Part shown: positions 28,476 to 38,362 of the stretch, one piece after another | Position numbering within the stretch: the first letter of the stretch is position 1 | Layout: each line of letters opens with the position of its first letter | From: a virus | Lineage: Duplodnaviria; Caudoviricetes | DNA length: 64,000 nt | IMG/VR virus record: IMGVR_UViG_3300044216_005818 | Coordinates: 1,145 to 65,144 of that record | Direction: 5' to 3' (one strand) | Translations under genes and position numbers: made by a program | The notes under the pieces: model-generated | What the model saw: only the letters and a program-made list of their open reading frames with translations | What the model was told of the DNA's origin: nothing | The model's database searches: none

Positions 28476-29828
28476 ATGGAAAAAATAGTAATAATCGGAG
28501 CCGGTGTAGCGGGCGTAAACGCTGCAACTAAATTAGTAGATAATGGTTATCCTGGTGATTTGATTACCATTATTGATATGGGTAATGATCCATATAAGCG
28601 TAAACCAGAAGAAGTAATGACTGGGTTTATGGGCGCAGGAGGTTGGAGTGACGGTAAGTTAACGTATCATACTTCAATTGGGGGGCATATGTCCAAATAT
28701 TGTGGTGAAGACAAAGCTATGTCGTTATTTAGCGAAGTAATTGAGAATTTTAAACGATTCCATCCTAAACCAGAAGCGGTACAATGTTCAAATCCGGTTG
28801 CAGAACCTGATTTTATTAAACCATATTTTGGGCTACGTTTATTTCCAGTATGGCACGTAGGTACTGATTACCTCCATGAAATTGGTAAGAATTGGTATGA
28901 TTTCTTATGTGATAAGGGTGTTAATTTCCATTGGAATACTAAAGTATCTAAGGTATTTTTTGAAGATAATAGAGTTGCCTTTGAATATGTTAATAAAGAT
29001 CGTAAAGGTGGAGGTACTCTTGGTTATAATCGTTTAATTTTTGGTGTAGGTAAGTCGGGTATTGATTTTGGTAAGCGTTTAGCAGAACATTATGAATTAC
29101 CAACTGAAGCAAAACCAGTACAAATTGGTGTACGTTTTGAAGCACCACAAAAACACTTCCAAAAACTAATTGATATTAGTTACGATTTTAAATTATACCG
29201 TAAGTTTGAAGATAAAGGTGTATCATTAAGGTCGTTCTGTACTAATAATAATGCTGCTTATGTAGCTGTAGAAGAAACATATGGTGATCACAGCTATAAC
29301 GGCCATGCTAAAAAGGATAAAGCATATCGCAATGATATGACTAATTTTGGCATTTTAATGGAGATTAGAGGTATAGATAAACCATTTGATTGGTCACGTG
29401 AAGCAGTTAAAAAACTTCAAGTTAATGGTACAGGTACTTATTACTCGCCTAGCCATAGAGTACCATCTAAAACAAGTGAGGGTGAGTATGTTAAAACTGA
29501 AATTGTGAATAGTTTAGATCCATTATATGATGCTATTGGTAATAATGCTGTTTATATTGAGGATTTTATTGAAGATATGACCAAAGTATTCCCTACATTA
29601 GGTAATGATTGGGGTGTTTATATGCCCGAAGTAAAATATCTATCACCAGAACCACTTGTAGATTATAATAACCTATCACTTAAAACAGTACCAAATGTCC
29701 ACTTTGTAGGCGATGCTCTCTCAGCAAGGGGTATTACAGTAAGTGGGGCACAAGGTACATATGTTGCAGAATCAATTTTAAAGGTTAGAAAATTAGATAT
29801 TTTAGACGAAGTTAGAAGTTATAAATAA
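28476..29828 (+). CDS. FAD-dependent oxidoreductase (uncharacterised NAD(P)/FAD dehydrogenase family)
   Basis: IVIIGAGVAG dinucleotide-binding motif, GAGGWSDGKL, IGVRFE, C-terminal VHFVGD...GITVSGAQG. Confidence 0.8.
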   Translation: MEKIVIIGAGVAGVNAATKLVDNGYPGDLITIIDMGNDPYKRKPEEVMTGFMGAGGWSDGKLTYHTSIGGHMSKYCGEDKAMSLFSEVIENFKRFHPKPEAVQCSNPVAEPDFIKPYFGLRLFPVWHVGTDYLHEIGKNWYDFLCDKGVNFHWNTKVSKVFFEDNRVAFEYVNKDRKGGGTLGYNRLIFGVGKSGIDFGKRLAEHYELPTEAKPVQIGVRFEAPQKHFQKLIDISYDFKLYRKFEDKGVSLRSFCTNNNAAYVAVEETYGDHSYNGHAKKDKAYRNDMTNFGILMEIRGIDKPFDWSREAVKKLQVNGTGTYYSPSHRVPSKTSEGEYVKTEIVNSLDPLYDAIGNNAVYIEDFIEDMTKVFPTLGNDWGVYMPEVKYLSPEPLVDYNNLSLKTVPNVHFVGDALSARGITVSGAQGTYVAESILKVRKLDILDEVRSYK

Positions 29829-30136
29829 TGAGTAAAGAAAATAAAAAATTTAAAGAAGCTCGGGCTATTGAAGAACAAAATAGACTTCGTGGTGTAGAAG
29901 ATTTCCCTAAATCTAGAAAATTAGTTTCACCAGATGGTACTATAGCTTATATATGGGATAATAAACTTCATAATTGGGATGGTCCAGCTCTTATACCTGG
30001 GGGTGATAAACGTAAAAGAGAATATTATATTTATGGTATCCAATATTCAGAAGAAGAGTGGAAAGATAGAAAACGTAGTGGTAAGGGTTTGCCCTGGTAT
30101 AAAGACCCAAGATTTAAAGGAAGAAACGCAGGATAA
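29828..30136 (+). CDS. Hypothetical protein with one LH-x-x-DGPA unit
   Basis: WDNKLHNWDGPALI...EYYIYG; TAATG coupling. Confidence 0.6.
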   Translation: MSKENKKFKEARAIEEQNRLRGVEDFPKSRKLVSPDGTIAYIWDNKLHNWDGPALIPGGDKRKREYYIYGIQYSEEEWKDRKRSGKGLPWYKDPRFKGRNAG

Positions 30137-30657
30137 TGAAAATAGGTTTTTGTGGAACAATGAGTGTAGGTAAAACTACATTAGTAAAAGCACTTCAGGA
30201 AATCCCTGAATTAAAAAATTATAAATTTGCTACCGAACGCAGTGCATATCTTAATTCTTTAGGCATACCTCTTAATCATGAAACAACTATAGAGGGGCAA
30301 ACAATATTTCTCGCTGAACGTGTAAGTGAGTTAATGCAGCCTAATATAGTTACAGATAGAACTATTATAGATGTTATGGCATTTACTAAATGTGCTAAAA
30401 AAACTAGTATAATAGATGGGGATGCTTTTGAGGAATATGCTAAACGTTTTATCTATCAATATGATTATATGTTTTATATCTCTCCAGAAGGTATGGATAT
30501 GGAAGATAATGGTGTAAGAGAAACTAATTTAGAATATAGAAATGAAATTGACGTATGTATACAAAATTTATTAAAAAAACATCGTCGTTTTTATACAACA
30601 ATTAAAGGTTCTACGGAAGAACGAATCGAACAAATATTAAACATAGTAAAATTTTAA
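30136..30657 (+). CDS. P-loop kinase (AAA_28 / NadR-kinase / nucleoside-kinase-like)
   Basis: IGFCGTMSVGKTT Walker A, VTDRTIID and GVRE lid motif. Confidence 0.75.
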   Translation: MKIGFCGTMSVGKTTLVKALQEIPELKNYKFATERSAYLNSLGIPLNHETTIEGQTIFLAERVSELMQPNIVTDRTIIDVMAFTKCAKKTSIIDGDAFEEYAKRFIYQYDYMFYISPEGMDMEDNGVRETNLEYRNEIDVCIQNLLKKHRRFYTTIKGSTEERIEQILNIVKF

Positions 30658-30659
30658 TC

Positions 30660-30950
30660 ATGAAAATTTGGAAATGGATATTAGGGCTATTCGCAGTATT
30701 AGGAGGTGCCGCTGCAATAGCTTCTACACAAAAGAAAAAAGAGCACGATAAAAAGGTTAAAGAAAACCAAAATAAAATTAAAACTGTACGAGCTAAAACT
30801 AAAAAAGTAGAAGCACAACGTGCCGAAACTAAAAAAGCAGTTAATACTCAAAAGAAAAAAGTTGTTAAAGCTAAAACACAGGTTAAAAACACTAGCAATG
30901 CTAAAAAAGTAACAGGTGATTTTAAAAAAAAGTATAGAAGAAAAAAATGA
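30660..30950 (+). CDS. N-terminally membrane-anchored basic coiled-coil protein (i-spanin-like)
   Basis: One N-terminal TM segment (WILGLFAVLGGAAAIA), then a Lys-rich coiled coil. Confidence 0.5.
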   Translation: MKIWKWILGLFAVLGGAAAIASTQKKKEHDKKVKENQNKIKTVRAKTKKVEAQRAETKKAVNTQKKKVVKAKTQVKNTSNAKKVTGDFKKKYRRKK

Positions 30951-31330
30951 AAAACTTATTATTAATTTTATTTTTAGGTTTATCTAGTATTTTTTACGCC
31001 CAACAAGATACTTTAAAAATCCCTGCGGATGAGTTAGAGCAATTTTTTCTTGCCCTTGATACCCTTGAAATACAAGATTCGGCTAAAGCTGTATTAATTA
31101 CCGAACTTGAACGTACTATTAAACTATATGAACTTTTAATTGAACAAGATAGTTTAGTTATAGATTACAAAAACCAAGAAATAATTTTACTTAATGAACA
31201 AATTAAACTACATTTAAATTATATAGATTCACAGGATAAATGGTATAACAAACCTGGAGTAAATGTAGCTGCTGGTGTGTTAAGTACTATATTTTTAATA
31301 CAAGCTTTAGATTATACGCTGCCTGATTAA
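30947..31330 (+). CDS. Signal-peptide protein with coiled coil and C-terminal hydrophobic helix (spanin-partner candidate)
   Basis: MKNLLLILFLGLSSIFYA signal; VNVAAGVLSTIFLIQAL tail; ATGA overlap with the previous gene. Confidence 0.5.
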   Translation: MKNLLLILFLGLSSIFYAQQDTLKIPADELEQFFLALDTLEIQDSAKAVLITELERTIKLYELLIEQDSLVIDYKNQEIILLNEQIKLHLNYIDSQDKWYNKPGVNVAAGVLSTIFLIQALDYTLPD

Positions 31331-31371
31331 GTTTTATATATTTATTATTGTTAACAACAATATTTTGCAAA

Positions 31372-33000
31372 ATGAATAAAAACGAAATCAAGCAAATTAT
31401 ACTTGAAGAAATCGAAGCTGTTATGAATGAAATGGCTTCCCCTGAGCAATTAGCCGCAGATTCACGTCCCGAAGAAGATGATTTTTCTCTCGAGGATGAA
31501 ATGGAAATGGCAAGAGATTTTAATGATGAACAAGATGCTATATTTGGTAAACCTAACTTTGTAGAAGAAGAAGGTTTAGAAGAAATGGCTCGTACATCTA
31601 ATGTTTTTAAGCTTAGCCAAGAAGCTAGCATGAAAGATGTTCTTCAATTTATGCAACGTGTAAACGATGTTTTAAAAACATATAAATCACCAGGACAAAA
31701 GCGCCCTAAAAAGCGTTTTACACCTGAAGAAATGAAAACCCTAGCTACAGCAATGCTTAAGCCTGAGGGCTTTACTTCTAAGGATGTAATTGCTGCTACT
31801 TCATATAATAGCCCAGCTCAAGCAAATAAGTTCTTAAAAGCGCTTGAAATGAAAGGTTTAATCACATTAACTTCTCAACTTAAAAAAGCAATGGAACCAA
31901 CTCGCGATCCAAATGCTCCTGAAACTAGGGGTAGAAAGAGAAGAGACGCAGAATTTGATATGTCAGATGATCCAATGGCTGACTTAGATGCCTTAGGCTT
32001 AGGAGGTAATATTGATCTAAGCGATCCATTAGCAGAAATCTCAATGAAAACTTTTGCAAGCGCTTTTAATAAAGCCTTAGAAAGGGGCGAAGTTAAACGT
32101 GCTGAAAACTTGTCTAATACCTTTTTTAGAAACTTTATAGGGCAAGAATTTTCATTTGGTAAAATAACAGACATAGAATTATTGCAATTTGACGGATTGT
32201 CAATGGTAATGGGTAGGGATGGTACAATGAAACCTACTCGAGGTGGAAAAGCTGGAGTAGGGGGTGTTAAAATTCAAGTTGATGTTACATCTGGGAAAAA
32301 TCTTGTTACAGGAGGAAGCATGCCTTATTTAATTAGATATGATATTCAACCTGATAGAATTACTACTAAAAGTATAACTAAACAAACTGATACAGGCATT
32401 GAAATGGTTCCTATAGAAAGAAGAGACGCAAGGCTTATACAGAAAATAGTTACTACTATATACCCAGGTACAAAATATGCTACAGGAACAGAAGGATTTA
32501 ATATTAAAGGATTAAGAGAAAACAACAACACCATGAGTGAATTAGAAAAATACATTAAAAAAGTAATCAAAGAAGCTAAAAATCCATTAGCTAAAAAGAT
32601 GAAAGAAATCGAAAACCAAGGACGCAGAGCAGCCCTTGAAACTAAACTTGCAGCAATCGATGAAATGATCGAAGAAACTGAAGGTCGTTTAACTCGTATT
32701 GATGAAGATAATGAGTTTAGAGACATGATGGATAAGAATGCTGTTAAAGAAGTTCGCAAGCAACTTAAAGAACTTGAAAGAGCTAAAGCCAAACTTCAGA
32801 AAGAATACGGTAAAATGAAAAAAATGGCTTTACCTAAAAACTATGATGAAGACGAAAAAGGCAAAGTGATGGACGAAGAAGCACCTGTAGCTGAAGATGC
32901 TATTGATGCTGCTATTGATGAAGTTGAATTAGAAGAAGATAACTTTGAACTTAATGAATCAGTTAAACGTATGCAAAAATTAGCTAACCTTAAAGGTTAA
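31372..33000 (+). CDS. Acidic modular protein with a winged-helix-like segment; putative prohead/internal protein
   Basis: ATG 31372 is preferred to TTG 31348, which abuts the ATATTTAT motif. GFTSKDVIAATSYNSPAQANKFLKALEMKGLI resembles a wHTH; C-terminal coiled coil. Confidence 0.65.
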   Translation: MNKNEIKQIILEEIEAVMNEMASPEQLAADSRPEEDDFSLEDEMEMARDFNDEQDAIFGKPNFVEEEGLEEMARTSNVFKLSQEASMKDVLQFMQRVNDVLKTYKSPGQKRPKKRFTPEEMKTLATAMLKPEGFTSKDVIAATSYNSPAQANKFLKALEMKGLITLTSQLKKAMEPTRDPNAPETRGRKRRDAEFDMSDDPMADLDALGLGGNIDLSDPLAEISMKTFASAFNKALERGEVKRAENLSNTFFRNFIGQEFSFGKITDIELLQFDGLSMVMGRDGTMKPTRGGKAGVGGVKIQVDVTSGKNLVTGGSMPYLIRYDIQPDRITTKSITKQTDTGIEMVPIERRDARLIQKIVTTIYPGTKYATGTEGFNIKGLRENNNTMSELEKYIKKVIKEAKNPLAKKMKEIENQGRRAALETKLAAIDEMIEETEGRLTRIDEDNEFRDMMDKNAVKEVRKQLKELERAKAKLQKEYGKMKKMALPKNYDEDEKGKVMDEEAPVAEDAIDAAIDEVELEEDNFELNESVKRMQKLANLKG

Positions 33001-33020
33001 GTCAATTATATATTAAAATT

Positions 33021-33047
33021 AAGGGGACTTCGGTCCCCTTTCTTTTT
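33021..33047 (+). terminator. Intrinsic terminator with cUUCGg tetraloop
   Basis: AAGGGGAC-TTCG-GTCCCCTT followed by TCTTTTT. Confidence 0.85.
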
Positions 33048-33062
33048 AGCTACGTATATACG

Positions 33063-34655
33063 ATGGCAGACATTAAAGCAATTATAAAGCAGGAATTTGT
33101 TAAATCAGCAAGCGATCCTGTTTATTTTATGAAAAAATATTGTTGGATTCAACACCCAACAAGAGGTAGAACACAGTTTAACCTATACCCATTTCAAGAA
33201 AAAGTATTAGGACTACTAAATAAACACGATAAGTCAGTAATCCTAAAATCAAGACAGCTTGGTATTTCAACACTTTCAGCAGGTATAGCTTTACACATGA
33301 TGTTATTCCAAAAGGATAAAAACATCCTTGTAATAGCAACAAAACAGGAAACAGCAAAAAACCTAGTAACTAAAGTACGATTTATGTACGATCAGTTACC
33401 TAGTTGGTTAAAATTACCTACAATGGAAAACAACCGACTATCACTGCGACTTAAAAACGGGTCTCAAATTAAAGCAGTATCTGCAGCAGGTGATGCTGGT
33501 AGATCAGAAGCCATTTCACTTCTGGTAATTGATGAGGCTGCATTTATTGAGGAAAATAGAATTGAAGAGATTTGGGGTTCAGCACAACAAACACTTGCTA
33601 CTGGTGGTAGAGCAATTATATTATCTACACCAAATGGTACTGGTAACTGGTTTCATAGGCAATGGACTAAAGCACAAGACGGTACTAGTGGTTTTACACC
33701 TATTAGATTACCTTGGACTGTACACCCAGAACGAAATCAGGAATGGAGAGATAAACAAGATGATGAATTAGGAGATAGAATGGCGGCACAAGAATGTGAT
33801 TGCGATTTTACAACCTCTGGTGATACAGTATTTCCCCCTGAAATAATAAATCATATAGAAGCTACAATGTTAAAAGATCCCTTAGAAAAGCGTGGTATGA
33901 ATAGCAGCTTATGGGTTTGGGAATACCCAGATTATACAAGACAATATATGGTTGTAGCTGACGTAGCTAGAGGTGATTCTAAAGACTATTCAGCATTTCA
34001 TATTATAGACATTGAAAATTGCACGCAAGTAGCTGAATTTAAAGACCATTTACCAACTAAAGATTTTGGTAGAATATTATATAATATAGCAACTGAGTAT
34101 AATAAAGCATTACTTGTAATTGAAAATGCAAATATTGGGTGGGCTGCTATACAAGAAGTAATTGATATGGGTTATGAAAACCTATATTATAGTCCTAAAG
34201 ATGAAAAATTTACCCGTGATGCTGAAGCATACATTGCTAAAGGGTATGATTTAATAGATAAATCTAAAATGGTACCAGGCTTTACTATGTCACTTAGAAC
34301 AAGACCATTAACTATTGCTAAATTAGATGCATATGTAAAAGAACAAAGTATACAGATTCAATCAAGACGTACATTAGATGAATTAAGAACCTTTGTTTGG
34401 AAAAATGGCCGACCAGAAGCCCAAACGGGGTATAATGATGACCTAATTATGTCTATAGCTACTGCGTGTTACGTGCGAGATACTGCGCTAAAATTTGCTC
34501 AGCACGGGGTTGACTTAACTAGAGCTATGCTTGCAAATACTACTAAGGCTTCATATAATCCATTTTTTAGTTCTACCCAAATCAATGACCCCAAACAAGC
34601 ATATAAAATGAAAATTGGAGGAAGAGATGAAGATTTGTCTTGGCTTTTAGATTAA
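33063..34655 (+). CDS. terL: Terminase large subunit (T4 gp17-like)
   Basis: LKSRQLGIST Walker A, LLVIDEAA Walker B, STPNG, and nuclease motifs VADVARG..DYSA and DDLIMS. Confidence 0.95.
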   Translation: MADIKAIIKQEFVKSASDPVYFMKKYCWIQHPTRGRTQFNLYPFQEKVLGLLNKHDKSVILKSRQLGISTLSAGIALHMMLFQKDKNILVIATKQETAKNLVTKVRFMYDQLPSWLKLPTMENNRLSLRLKNGSQIKAVSAAGDAGRSEAISLLVIDEAAFIEENRIEEIWGSAQQTLATGGRAIILSTPNGTGNWFHRQWTKAQDGTSGFTPIRLPWTVHPERNQEWRDKQDDELGDRMAAQECDCDFTTSGDTVFPPEIINHIEATMLKDPLEKRGMNSSLWVWEYPDYTRQYMVVADVARGDSKDYSAFHIIDIENCTQVAEFKDHLPTKDFGRILYNIATEYNKALLVIENANIGWAAIQEVIDMGYENLYYSPKDEKFTRDAEAYIAKGYDLIDKSKMVPGFTMSLRTRPLTIAKLDAYVKEQSIQIQSRRTLDELRTFVWKNGRPEAQTGYNDDLIMSIATACYVRDTALKFAQHGVDLTRAMLANTTKASYNPFFSSTQINDPKQAYKMKIGGRDEDLSWLLD

Positions 34656-34663
34656 ATATTTAT
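34656..34663 (+). promoter_or_regulatory. ATATTTAT putative late promoter of the portal gene
   Basis: 23 nt before the portal ATG. Confidence 0.6.
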
Positions 34664-34685
34664 ACACACATAATAAACCATTAAT

Positions 34686-36533
34686 ATGGCAGATACTAGC
34701 TTATTTACACGATTACGAAGATTATTTTCTAATGATGTTATCATAAGAAACGTTGGTGGGAAACAATTAAAAGTAATGGATGTTGATCGTATTCAAAAAT
34801 ACGGCAACTTAGAATCTAATTCACTTTATGATAGATTTACTCGATTACATAGACCAGTAGGTTCTTCTCTACAATATAACCCTACTCTTAATTATTCATC
34901 TATGCGCCTCCAGCTTTATAGCGATTATGAGGCAATGGATTATGATTCATTAATTGCTCCAGCACTTGATATTATTTCAGAAGAAGCAACTCTTAAAAAT
35001 GAGTATGGAGATGTATTAACTATTAAATCATCTAATGAAAACGTTAAACGTGTACTCCATAATTTATTTTATGATGTGTTAAATGTAGAATTTAATTTAC
35101 CTTCTTGGGTTCGTCAGATGTGTAAATATGGCGATTTTTATTTACACTTACAAATCTCAGAAAAGTTTGGTGTTTATAATGTTTTACCTCTTTCTGTTTA
35201 TCAAGTAGTAAGAGAAGAAGGTATGGATCCCGAAAACCCAAGTTATGTTCAATTTATACTTGACCCTAATGGTTTATCACAATCTAACACATATAGCGCT
35301 AGAAGAAGTGATCAGATGAAACTTGAAAATTACGAAGTAGCCCATTTTAGGTTATTATCAGACGCTGCTTATCTTCCATATGGTAGATCCTATCTTGAAC
35401 CAGCTCGTAAAGTATTTAAGCAATTAATCTTGATGGAGGATGCAATGCTTATTCATAGAATTATGCGCGCCCCAGAAAAAAGAATATTTTATATGAATGT
35501 AGGCGGTATTCCTCCTAATGAAATTGATTCATTTATGGAAAAAACCGTTCGCCAGATGAAAAAAACCCCGTATGTTGATCAACAAACAGGTGACTATAAT
35601 CTAAAATTTAATATTCAAAACATGACTGAAGATTTTTATATTCCAGTCAGAGGTAATGATTCATCAACTAAAATCGAAACCACAAAAGGTCTTGATTATG
35701 ATGGCACAACTGATATTGAATACTTAAAAAATCGAATGTTAGCTGCCCTTAAAATTCCTAAAGCTTTCTTAGGGTACGATGAAAATCTTGAAGGTAAATC
35801 AACACTAGCTGCTATGGATATTCGTTTTGCACGTACAATTGAACGCTTACAGAGAACTATTGTGTCTGAATTACATAAAATAGCTTTAGTCCATTTATAT
35901 ACTCAAGGGTTTACTGATGCTGACTTAGTAGATTTTGAATTAGAACTAACAGGCCCGTCAATTGTATTTGAACAAGAAAAAACTGAATTATATAAAGCTA
36001 AAGTTGAACTAGCCAATTCTATTTCAGATAAAAAAATCTTAAGCAGTGATTTTGTTTACAAAAACATATTTAATCTTTCGGAACAAGAAATCGATCACGA
36101 AAAAAATAGATCTTTAGATGATGCCGCCCACATATTTAGATTAAACCAAATAGAAAACGAAGGTAATGATCCTATTGAATCAGGTGAATCATATGGCACA
36201 CCACATGATTTAGCTAATTTATATTCTACTAAAAGAGATAAAACCATTAAAGATATTCCTGATGGGTACGATGAAAATGAGCCAGGGCGTCCTAAACAAA
36301 AACTTAGTAGATATGATACAGACCAAGCTAATATGGGTAGAGATCCTTTAGGTAAAGCCGGTTTAACAGCAGATGATACCCCGGATAGAACTAATAATGT
36401 CTCTACGTTTGCTTTAGAAGAAAATTCTAGAATTCTTAAAAAATTATCTTTAAATAGAATTAGTGGTAAACAAATACTAAATGAAAAGAATAAATCTTCT
36501 TTATTAGATGAAGAAAACATTATAAAAGAGTAA
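34686..36533 (+). CDS. Portal protein (T4 gp20-like)
   Basis: MEDAMLIHRIMRAPEKRIFY, EDFYIPVRG and ALKIPKAFL are gp20 signatures. Confidence 0.93.
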   Translation: MADTSLFTRLRRLFSNDVIIRNVGGKQLKVMDVDRIQKYGNLESNSLYDRFTRLHRPVGSSLQYNPTLNYSSMRLQLYSDYEAMDYDSLIAPALDIISEEATLKNEYGDVLTIKSSNENVKRVLHNLFYDVLNVEFNLPSWVRQMCKYGDFYLHLQISEKFGVYNVLPLSVYQVVREEGMDPENPSYVQFILDPNGLSQSNTYSARRSDQMKLENYEVAHFRLLSDAAYLPYGRSYLEPARKVFKQLILMEDAMLIHRIMRAPEKRIFYMNVGGIPPNEIDSFMEKTVRQMKKTPYVDQQTGDYNLKFNIQNMTEDFYIPVRGNDSSTKIETTKGLDYDGTTDIEYLKNRMLAALKIPKAFLGYDENLEGKSTLAAMDIRFARTIERLQRTIVSELHKIALVHLYTQGFTDADLVDFELELTGPSIVFEQEKTELYKAKVELANSISDKKILSSDFVYKNIFNLSEQEIDHEKNRSLDDAAHIFRLNQIENEGNDPIESGESYGTPHDLANLYSTKRDKTIKDIPDGYDENEPGRPKQKLSRYDTDQANMGRDPLGKAGLTADDTPDRTNNVSTFALEENSRILKKLSLNRISGKQILNEKNKSSLLDEENIIKE

Positions 36534-36581
36534 TTTTCAGGACTCTCTACATATTTATATAGGAATAAATATATTTATTAC

Positions 36582-37427
36582 ATGAAACCTAAGCATTCCA
36601 AGTACAAAAATACGGGAATATTATTTGAATTATTAACGAGGCAAATTACTTCGGAGACTATTTCAAATTCTTCCCCTAAAGCTGTAGGTATTTTAAAAAA
36701 GTTTTTTAGTAATAATTCTAATTTACTAAAAGAATATCAAATATATCACGCTCTTCTTAATAAAAAGTTTAATAAAGAAGCAAACGCTACTGTGTTGTTA
36801 GAAACTTTAGTTGATGCACACAATAAATTAAATAAATCTACTTTAAGGAGAGAAAGATATAATTTAGTTAGAGAAATAAAAGATACTTATAATATAGAGG
36901 ACTTTTTTAAAGCAAAAATTCCTAATTATAAAATATATGCTAGCATATATAATTTATTAGAGAATAAAAATGCTAATCCTATGTCTGTAGTAGACTCTAA
37001 AGTAGCTATATTAGAACATATTACTAATAAAAATCTTCCTAATAAACCTAAAAAAGAAATGGTTATGGAAGAATATGAAAAATTTGATAAAGAAACTAGA
37101 GCATTAACATATAAAATGTTAATGGAAAAGTTTAATGAAAAATATTCTGGGTTAGGGGATAATCAAAAACGTTTATTAAAAGAATATGTTTATAATGTTT
37201 CTAATAGTCCTAAACTTAAAGCTTTTTTAAATAAAGAAATTAAAACTATTAAAGAAGAATTAGAAACTTTATCTAAAAACACAGATCAAGTTACTAAAAT
37301 AAAATTAACAGAGGTAAAAAATTTAATTAAACCTCTTTGTAAAAAATCATCGGTACATGATGATAATGTAATTAATTTATTAAATTACTATTCATTAGTT
37401 AATGAATTAAGAACTGCACAAGCATGA
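36582..37427 (+). CDS. Helical prohead-associated hypothetical protein
   Basis: 281-aa ORF between portal and protease, preceded by two ATATTTAT motifs. Confidence 0.6.
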   Translation: MKPKHSKYKNTGILFELLTRQITSETISNSSPKAVGILKKFFSNNSNLLKEYQIYHALLNKKFNKEANATVLLETLVDAHNKLNKSTLRRERYNLVREIKDTYNIEDFFKAKIPNYKIYASIYNLLENKNANPMSVVDSKVAILEHITNKNLPNKPKKEMVMEEYEKFDKETRALTYKMLMEKFNEKYSGLGDNQKRLLKEYVYNVSNSPKLKAFLNKEIKTIKEELETLSKNTDQVTKIKLTEVKNLIKPLCKKSSVHDDNVINLLNYYSLVNELRTAQA

Positions 37428-37612
37428 ATATAGAAGAACTTAAATCCCTTATCCGTGAACTTATTAAAACGGAAATCGAAGAAGGCTCAACTACCGGCAC
37501 TGGTGCTTCTATTACTACTGGTAATAGCGAAGCTTATGCTACACCTAGAGCATTCGGAAATAATAAAAGAAAAAAAAGAAGGGGTTATATGGGATATAAA
37601 GAAGTAAAATAA
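37424..37612 (+). CDS. Small prohead core-like protein
   Basis: LKSLIRELIKTEIEE leader followed by a basic tail. Confidence 0.55.
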   Translation: MNIEELKSLIRELIKTEIEEGSTTGTGASITTGNSEAYATPRAFGNNKRKKRRGYMGYKEVK

Positions 37613-37619
37613 ATAAGTT

Positions 37620-37760
37620 ATGGCAAGAAAAATTAGCGCATTCGATTTTAATAAAAAAGATAATAAAGTAAATAGACCCGGTATCCATGCTAAAACTAAG
37701 CATAGTAACCATAAAAACTCTAAAAACTATAGAAAACTGAATAGAGGCCAAGGAAGATGA
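37620..37760 (+). CDS. 46-aa highly basic peptide (absent from the ORF track)
   Basis: MARKISAFDFNKKDNKVNRPGIHAKTKHSNHKNSKNYRKLNRGQGR; fills the gap exactly and overlaps the protease start (ATGA). Confidence 0.65.
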   Translation: MARKISAFDFNKKDNKVNRPGIHAKTKHSNHKNSKNYRKLNRGQGR

Positions 37761-38362
37761 AACAATTACTTATAGAACATATACCGTTTAAAGTAGATAA
37801 ACTTTTAGTTGAACAATCTATTAAAGAAAATAAACCTTTAAGAGTAGGTGGTATTATACAAAGAGCTGGTGTTAAAAACCATAATGGTAGAATCTATGAG
37901 CAAAAAATTCTCGAAAGAGAAATTAAAAAATATATTGATGGTCCTGTTAGAGAAAAAAGAGCCCTGGGTGAATTAGATCACCCAGACTCTTCTGTTATTA
38001 ATTTAAATAACGTATCTCATAATATAGTAGAAGTTACTATGAAGGGAAACGATGTACATGGAGTAGTAGAAATATTAACTACCCCTGCGGGAAATATTTT
38101 AAAAGAATTATTTCGTTGTGGAGTTACAGTTGGTATATCTTCTAGAGGTATGGGTTCAGTAGAAGAAAATGCTGATGGTGTATTAATGGTACAAGAAGAT
38201 TTTGATCTTCTATGCTTTGATTTTGTTTCAACACCTTCTACTCCGGGTGCTTATATGGCTCCTATGAATGAGGGAGTAAATACCTCCACAACAGACTATA
38301 TTAAAGTTAATAGTATTATTAGAGATATAATCTGTGATAATACAGGAATGTGTAAGTGTTAA
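37757..38362 (+). CDS. Prohead protease (T4 gp21-like)
   Basis: NHNGRIY, ALGELDHP, SHNI, VGISSRGMGS and DFVSTPS. Confidence 0.93.
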   Translation: MKQLLIEHIPFKVDKLLVEQSIKENKPLRVGGIIQRAGVKNHNGRIYEQKILEREIKKYIDGPVREKRALGELDHPDSSVINLNNVSHNIVEVTMKGNDVHGVVEILTTPAGNILKELFRCGVTVGISSRGMGSVEENADGVLMVQEDFDLLCFDFVSTPSTPGAYMAPMNEGVNTSTTDYIKVNSIIRDIICDNTGMCKC

